From Gemmatimonadales bacterium (lineage in GTDB: Bacteria; Gemmatimonadota; Gemmatimonadetes; Gemmatimonadales; GWC2-71-9), in contig DASYEH010000012.1 of the NCBI GenBank assembly GCA_036499125.1, forward strand, positions 26,275 to 90,274: a stretch of DNA of 64,000 nucleotides. The letters run 5' to 3'. Of the stretch, positions 59,980 to 64,000 are shown piece after piece. The notes under the pieces are model-generated. The model had not been told where the DNA came from. It did no database searches and was given only the letters and a program-made list of their open reading frames with translations. The position numbers were made by a program, and so were the translations under genes. Every line of letters starts with the position of its first letter. The stretch's first letter is position 1.

Positions 59980-61230
59980 ATGCTACGTGCACTCTTCTCA
60001 GGCGTCTCCGGGTTGCGGAACTACCAGACCGGGCTCGACGTCATCGCCAACAACATTGCCAACGTCAATACCACGGCGTTCAAGGCGTCGCGGGTCACCT
60101 TCAAGGAAGCGTTCGTGCAGCTCTTGCAGGGCGCCTCGCGTCCGCCGGGTGATCTCGGCGGCGTCAACCCGATCCAGATCGGATCGGGCATGGAAATCGG
60201 CAGCATCGACCAGCTCTTTACCCAGGGTACGCCGCTGGCAACTGGCAACAACACTGACCTCGCCATCCAGGGCGACGCGCTCTTTGTCGTGAGCAAAGGT
60301 CAGCAGCAGTTCTATACCCGGACCGGCAACTTCCAGCTCGATGCGGCCGGCCACCTGATCTCGGCCGACAATGGCTACATCGTGCAGGGTATCAACGCCA
60401 AATCCGATGGTACCTTCGATCCCTCGGCCACGATCGGCAACATCAACCTGCCGTTTGGCAAGAAGAGCCCCGCCAACGCCACGACCACGGCGACGCTCGC
60501 CGGCAACCTCGATGCCTCGGCTGCGGTAGGCGACACCCACGAGTTCAGCGCGACGGTCTACGATGCACTCGGCGCCCCGCACCAGCTCGATATGACCTAC
60601 ACCAACACTGCACCGGGTGCCTGGTCGTGGACCGCAACATCGCCCGACGCCACAGTCGACACCGGCAGCGGCACCGCCACCTTCGACGGCACCGGCAAGT
60701 TGCTCACCTTCACCTATCCCGCCGGAACATCCCTGACCGTGACGCCAGCCAACGGAGCGGACCCGTTCAACGTCACCTTCAATGCTGGCACCATTGGTGA
60801 CACTGACGGTCTCTCCGGCTTTTCGAAGGCCTCCAACGCAGTCGTCTCGCAGCAGGATGGTTACGGCTCCGGCGACCTTGAATCGATCGCGGTCGACCAG
60901 AACGGCGTGATCACCGGTACCTTCTCCAATGGTGTCAGTCAGGCGTTGGCGCAGGTTGCGCTGGCCCAGTTCACCAATCCATCGGGCCTGCTTGATGAGG
61001 GTGACAACGTCTTCGCCCAATCGGCGAACTCTGGCCTGCCGGTACTCGGCTTTGCCGGCTCGACGAACCAGAGCACCATCACGCCGGGCGCTCTCGAAGG
61101 GTCAAACGTCGATCTCTCGACCGAGTTCACCGACATGATCATCACCCAGCGTGCATTCCAGGCCAACGCGCGGGTCATCACCACGGCGGACGAAATGCTC
61201 AACGAACTGGTCAACCTGCAGCACGGCTGA
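59980..61230 (+). CDS. flgE: Flagellar hook protein FlgE
   Basis: AGGAG SD. N-terminus GVSGLRNYQTGLDVIANNIANVNTTAFK and C-terminus LEGSNVDLSTEFTDMIITQRAFQANARVITTADEMLNELVNL. Confidence 0.9.
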   Translation: MLRALFSGVSGLRNYQTGLDVIANNIANVNTTAFKASRVTFKEAFVQLLQGASRPPGDLGGVNPIQIGSGMEIGSIDQLFTQGTPLATGNNTDLAIQGDALFVVSKGQQQFYTRTGNFQLDAAGHLISADNGYIVQGINAKSDGTFDPSATIGNINLPFGKKSPANATTTATLAGNLDASAAVGDTHEFSATVYDALGAPHQLDMTYTNTAPGAWSWTATSPDATVDTGSGTATFDGTGKLLTFTYPAGTSLTVTPANGADPFNVTFNAGTIGDTDGLSGFSKASNAVVSQQDGYGSGDLESIAVDQNGVITGTFSNGVSQALAQVALAQFTNPSGLLDEGDNVFAQSANSGLPVLGFAGSTNQSTITPGALEGSNVDLSTEFTDMIITQRAFQANARVITTADEMLNELVNLQHG

Positions 61231-61248
61231 TCGTCCGTTGTAACCCCA

Positions 61249-61280
61249 CGCCGCAGCGCTTCCACCGAGGTGCTGCGGCG
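61249..61280 (+). terminator. Strong hairpin directly after flgE (attenuator/mRNA-stabiliser candidate)
   Basis: 14-bp stem (61249-61262 pairs with 61267-61280, including two G-U pairs) with loop CACC. Followed by the moderately T-containing CGGTCGTGTTCGTCTC. Confidence 0.35.
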
Positions 61281-61366
61281 CGGTCGTGTTCGTCTCGATC
61301 GCAACCGGCAACTCTCGCCGGTCGGGCGGCAGTCTCTTCCCGCCCCGCCCGCATGCGATCACAGCA

Positions 61367-61951
61367 ATGAGCCGCAACCCTATGCTGGACAAGGAGATAC
61401 CTCCACGCAACGCCGCTGGTACAGGCGTTGCCATAGGAGGGGCTATTGCCACAGGAGATCGCCGAGTGACCGAACCCGTACCAGCTGAATCCGCTGTTGC
61501 AGAAGCGCCGCGCAAGAGTCCGATCGTCCCCGCCATCGCGGGGGTTCTGGCGTTGCTTGTCGGCGCGGCTGTTGGCATGAAGGTGCTCGGTCCAAAACTC
61601 GGCGGCGGTGCTTCGGCCAAGCCGGCCGTCCACGAACCGGTCAAGGAAGAAGCCCCCCGGTTGGTCAAGCTCGACAACATTATCGTCAATCCGGCAGGCA
61701 CCCAAGGCCAGCACTTCCTGATCGTCTCGCTCGCCATCCAGGTCTCCTCGGCCGACGTCGAGACCAAGCTCCATACGGCTGAGGTCCCGCTACGCGACGC
61801 CATCAATGGCGTGCTCGCGTCGTTGACCCTCGATCAGCTGTCGGCCAACGGCGCGCGCGAGCAGTTGCGAGCTCAGCTCCGGGCCACCGCCCAGCGCTTT
61901 GCCGCCGACACCGGCATGCAGGTCTTCCTGCCGCAGTTCCTGATTCAGTAG
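61367..61951 (+). CDS. fliL: Flagellar basal body-associated protein FliL
   Basis: Single TM (IVPAIAGVLALLVGAAVGM) and FliL core VKLDNIIVNPAGTQGQHFLIVSLAIQV...LRDAINGVLASLTLDQL. The start (ATG 61367) is uncertain. Confidence 0.75.
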   Translation: MSRNPMLDKEIPPRNAAGTGVAIGGAIATGDRRVTEPVPAESAVAEAPRKSPIVPAIAGVLALLVGAAVGMKVLGPKLGGGASAKPAVHEPVKEEAPRLVKLDNIIVNPAGTQGQHFLIVSLAIQVSSADVETKLHTAEVPLRDAINGVLASLTLDQLSANGAREQLRAQLRATAQRFAADTGMQVFLPQFLIQ

Positions 61952-61952
61952 C

Positions 61953-62834
61953 ATGACGGATACCGCAGTTCTCTTCGATTTCCGGGCTGCGCCGCGCCTC
62001 GACGATGCCGTATATCAGCAGGTGCAGCTGATGCAGGCGCGCTTCGCGCCCATGCTCCAGAATCTCTTCAGCTCGCGCCTGCGCCAGTCCTGCGACGTCC
62101 AATCCGTCCCCCCCGTCACGTTGGCGCTCCCCGAGTACCTCGCCGGCTGCATTGGCCCCACGGTCCGCTTCGTCTGCACGCTCCAGCAGAGCCAGGGCCG
62201 GTCGATGGTGCTGGCCCTCACCCCCAACCTGGCGCTCCATCTGGTGGCGCGTCTCTTTGGCGGCGAGGGTGCCGCGACCGAACCGCATCCGCTCACGCCG
62301 TTGGAGCAGAAGGTCCTCTGTGACCTGCTCGACCGCGCCTTGCCCAAGCTCGCCGAGGCCGGCCGTCCCGAACTGCCGCTCGGCGCGACCATCGCGGAGG
62401 CTGCGGGCGACGCTGCTCCGGAGATCGCTACCCTGGGCGAATCGCTGGTCGCCGTGACGTGGGCGGTGCAGTGCGGTCCGACCGAGGGGACGCTGACCAT
62501 CACACTGCCAGCGGCAATCTTCGCAGCGCCGGTCGTTGAGCGCGACGAGCCGCCGGCGCGTGAGTCGCTCGAGAGCCATGTGCGCAGCGTTGCGATCCCG
62601 GTCACCGCTCGGCTCCATGTCCGGGTCCCCGCCGCGCAACTCAGTCAGCTGCATGAAGGCTTCCTGCTCGAAACCGGCAAGGCCAGTCACGCAGAAGTCG
62701 AAATCGCCTCGCAGGGTCGCCCGCTCTTTGCCGGGGTGCTCGGCCGCCATGCCGGGCATGTCGGTGTCCAGATCACTCGCGTCATCATGCGCGAACCCGA
62801 TGCCACGACCACCAAGAGAAGGACACCATCCTGA
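61953..62834 (+). CDS. fliM: Flagellar motor switch protein FliM (short form, no N-terminal CheY-binding peptide)
   Basis: 293 aa. It begins 6 aa before the conserved (Y/F)DF(R/K) block (VLFDFRAAPRL), followed by the FliM middle and SpoA-like C-terminal domains. An in-frame TGA at 61941 prevents upstream extension. Confidence 0.8.
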   Translation: MTDTAVLFDFRAAPRLDDAVYQQVQLMQARFAPMLQNLFSSRLRQSCDVQSVPPVTLALPEYLAGCIGPTVRFVCTLQQSQGRSMVLALTPNLALHLVARLFGGEGAATEPHPLTPLEQKVLCDLLDRALPKLAEAGRPELPLGATIAEAAGDAAPEIATLGESLVAVTWAVQCGPTEGTLTITLPAAIFAAPVVERDEPPARESLESHVRSVAIPVTARLHVRVPAAQLSQLHEGFLLETGKASHAEVEIASQGRPLFAGVLGRHAGHVGVQITRVIMREPDATTTKRRTPS

Positions 62835-63181
62835 TGACTGACGGAGCTCCGTTTCCGCCGAGCGACGGCACTGCCACGCTCGCCGAGTTGAGCGCGGACG
62901 CCCCTCGCGCCGGCGCCGGCACCCTCGATACGCTGCTCGATATGACGCTGCCAGTCAGCGTCGAGTTTGGCCGTGCCTCGCTATCGATCCAGCAAGTGCT
63001 CGATCTCGGACCGGGCTCGGTGATCCAGCTTGAGCGCCTCGTGGGCGAACCGATCGACATCTTTGTCGGCGATCGTCGTCTGGCCGAAGGCGAAGTTGTC
63101 GTCATCGGCGACACCTTTGGCGTCCGGATCACCCGGGTCTCGCCGCCGCCGCGCGAAGCCGCCCGACCGGGTCCGCGCTGA
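62834..63181 (+). CDS. fliN: Flagellar motor switch protein FliN
   Basis: 115 aa with the SpoA domain LPVSVEFGRASLSIQQVLDLGPGSVIQLERLVGEPIDIFVGDRRLAEGEVVVIGDTFGVRI. Confidence 0.85.
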   Translation: MTDGAPFPPSDGTATLAELSADAPRAGAGTLDTLLDMTLPVSVEFGRASLSIQQVLDLGPGSVIQLERLVGEPIDIFVGDRRLAEGEVVVIGDTFGVRITRVSPPPREAARPGPR

Positions 63182-63182
63182 C

Positions 63183-64000
63183 GTGTGGGTTCCCCTCGCT
63201 GCGCTGCTGATCACGATTGGTGTCATGGTCGTCCTGCTCCGGCTGCTCTCCCGGCTGCAGTCCGGCACGCCGATCCTGACCGGTCAGCGCACGATGCAGG
63301 TGATCGAACGTGTCAGCACTGGTCCGCGGCAGGGCGTCGTGCTCTTGCGCGTCGGCGAACGGGTCCTGATCGTCGGCGTGGGTGAGGACCATGCGTTGCT
63401 CGGCGAACTGGCCCCAGTAGAGCGTGACGCTGCGCTCCAGGCCGGCCGCCGCGGCGTGCCGCGTGATGTGGCGCCAGGGTGGCGCGGGATGCTCGGCCGC
63501 TTCGGGCTGCTGGTCGGATTGGTGCTGCTGCCGATCGCGGCCCGGGCACAGGTAATCACGGCGCCCAAGCCGGCACCAACCGCCGGTGTCGCCGCGAGTC
63601 GCCCCTCCGTTCCGCGACCTGTCGTCAAGGGACCGGTCGCGCCGACCGTGAACGTCAGCGTCGGTTCTCCCGGTGATGAGCTCAAGCTCAGCGGTGCCGT
63701 CGGCATCGTGGTGTTCATGGGCGCGCTCACGCTGCTGCCAGCGATGTTCATGCTGATGACCGGATTCACCCGGATCCTGATCGTCCTCTCGTTTCTCCGC
63801 TCCGCCATCGGGACCCAGACCGCGCCACCCACCACGCTGCTGGTCGCGATCGCCGTCATTCTCACCGGCGTCGTGATGAATCCTGTCATGACCCAGATCA
63901 ATGACCAGGCGCTGCAGCCCTATCTCAAGGGCGATAGCACCCAGGTCGGTGCCTATCACGCCGCGGTCATTCCGTTGCGGAAGTTCATGCTGGCCAACAC
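63183..64000 (+). CDS. fliP: Continuous FliO-like + FliP reading frame (partial, runs off window)
   Basis: Read codon by codon from GTG 63183 to 64000 with no stop. This frame is not in the ORF track because it has no stop in the window. The first ~80 aa are a TM plus FliO-like TMQVIERVSTGPRQGVVLLRVGERVLIVGVGEDHALLGEL. From ATG 63489 there is a signal-peptide-like MLGRFGLLVGLVLLPIAARAQ, then the FliP core LLPAMFMLMTGFTRILIVLSFLRSAIGTQTAPP. Confidence 0.8.
   Translation, partial: MWVPLAALLITIGVMVVLLRLLSRLQSGTPILTGQRTMQVIERVSTGPRQGVVLLRVGERVLIVGVGEDHALLGELAPVERDAALQAGRRGVPRDVAPGWRGMLGRFGLLVGLVLLPIAARAQVITAPKPAPTAGVAASRPSVPRPVVKGPVAPTVNVSVGSPGDELKLSGAVGIVVFMGALTLLPAMFMLMTGFTRILIVLSFLRSAIGTQTAPPTTLLVAIAVILTGVVMNPVMTQINDQALQPYLKGDSTQVGAYHAAVIPLRKFMLAN

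Overview
This is a GC-rich, very tightly packed chromosomal window. Third codon positions are almost always G/C. SurA-type PPIases, a beta-barrel OMP and FtsEX-EnvC point to a diderm bacterium, but the taxon cannot be assigned from sequence alone. I support about 61 protein genes. By eye I found no tRNA, rRNA, CRISPR array, transposase, integrase or recognisable defence island. Positions 1-43.6 kb are mostly housekeeping: a PLP decarboxylase, UvrA, an ABC exporter, an FHA+PP2C pair, an HD phosphohydrolase, GTP-PEPCK, endonuclease IV and a GGDEF cyclase. They also hold a 10-gene translationally coupled string (lepA, GT4, ROK kinase, PfkB kinase, GHKL kinase-like, STAS-like, Cys/Met PLP enzyme, ftsE, ftsX, envC). 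The rest of that block is an EamA transporter, an M28 peptidase, a DUF58/BatA-N pair, mfd, two parvulin PPIases plus pdxA, a GT2, CorC, a CDF exporter and typA. Positions 43.7-64 kb are a flagellar region. The minus strand carries late genes flgL-fliW / fliC / fliD-fliS-flgN-like / flgM. A sigma-54-dependent response regulator follows on the plus strand. After it comes a Bacillus-like plus-strand core operon, flgB-flgC-orf-fliE-fliF-fliG-fliH-fliI-fliJ-MgtE_N protein-fliK-flgD-flgE-fliL-fliM-fliN-fliO/P, which runs off the window end. The best candidate for an uncharacterised module is the overlapping GHKL-kinase/STAS-like (DUF4325-type) gene pair wedged between sugar kinases and the FtsEX-EnvC genes; this is a modest candidate, not a clear new system. 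Other points worth a second look:
- Three copies of a bipartite CTCAWR-N15-CCGATARA (sigma-28-like) promoter motif.
- A CsrA-type GGA hairpin plus a GGA-containing SD in the fliC leader, next to fliW but with no csrA gene.
- An unassigned 82-codon ORF between flgC and fliE.
- A FliM lacking the N-terminal CheY-docking peptide.
- A stop-free in-frame fliO-fliP reading frame.
- A 79-aa hyper-acidic protein after typA.
- Head-to-head overlapping start codons of two cation-efflux genes.
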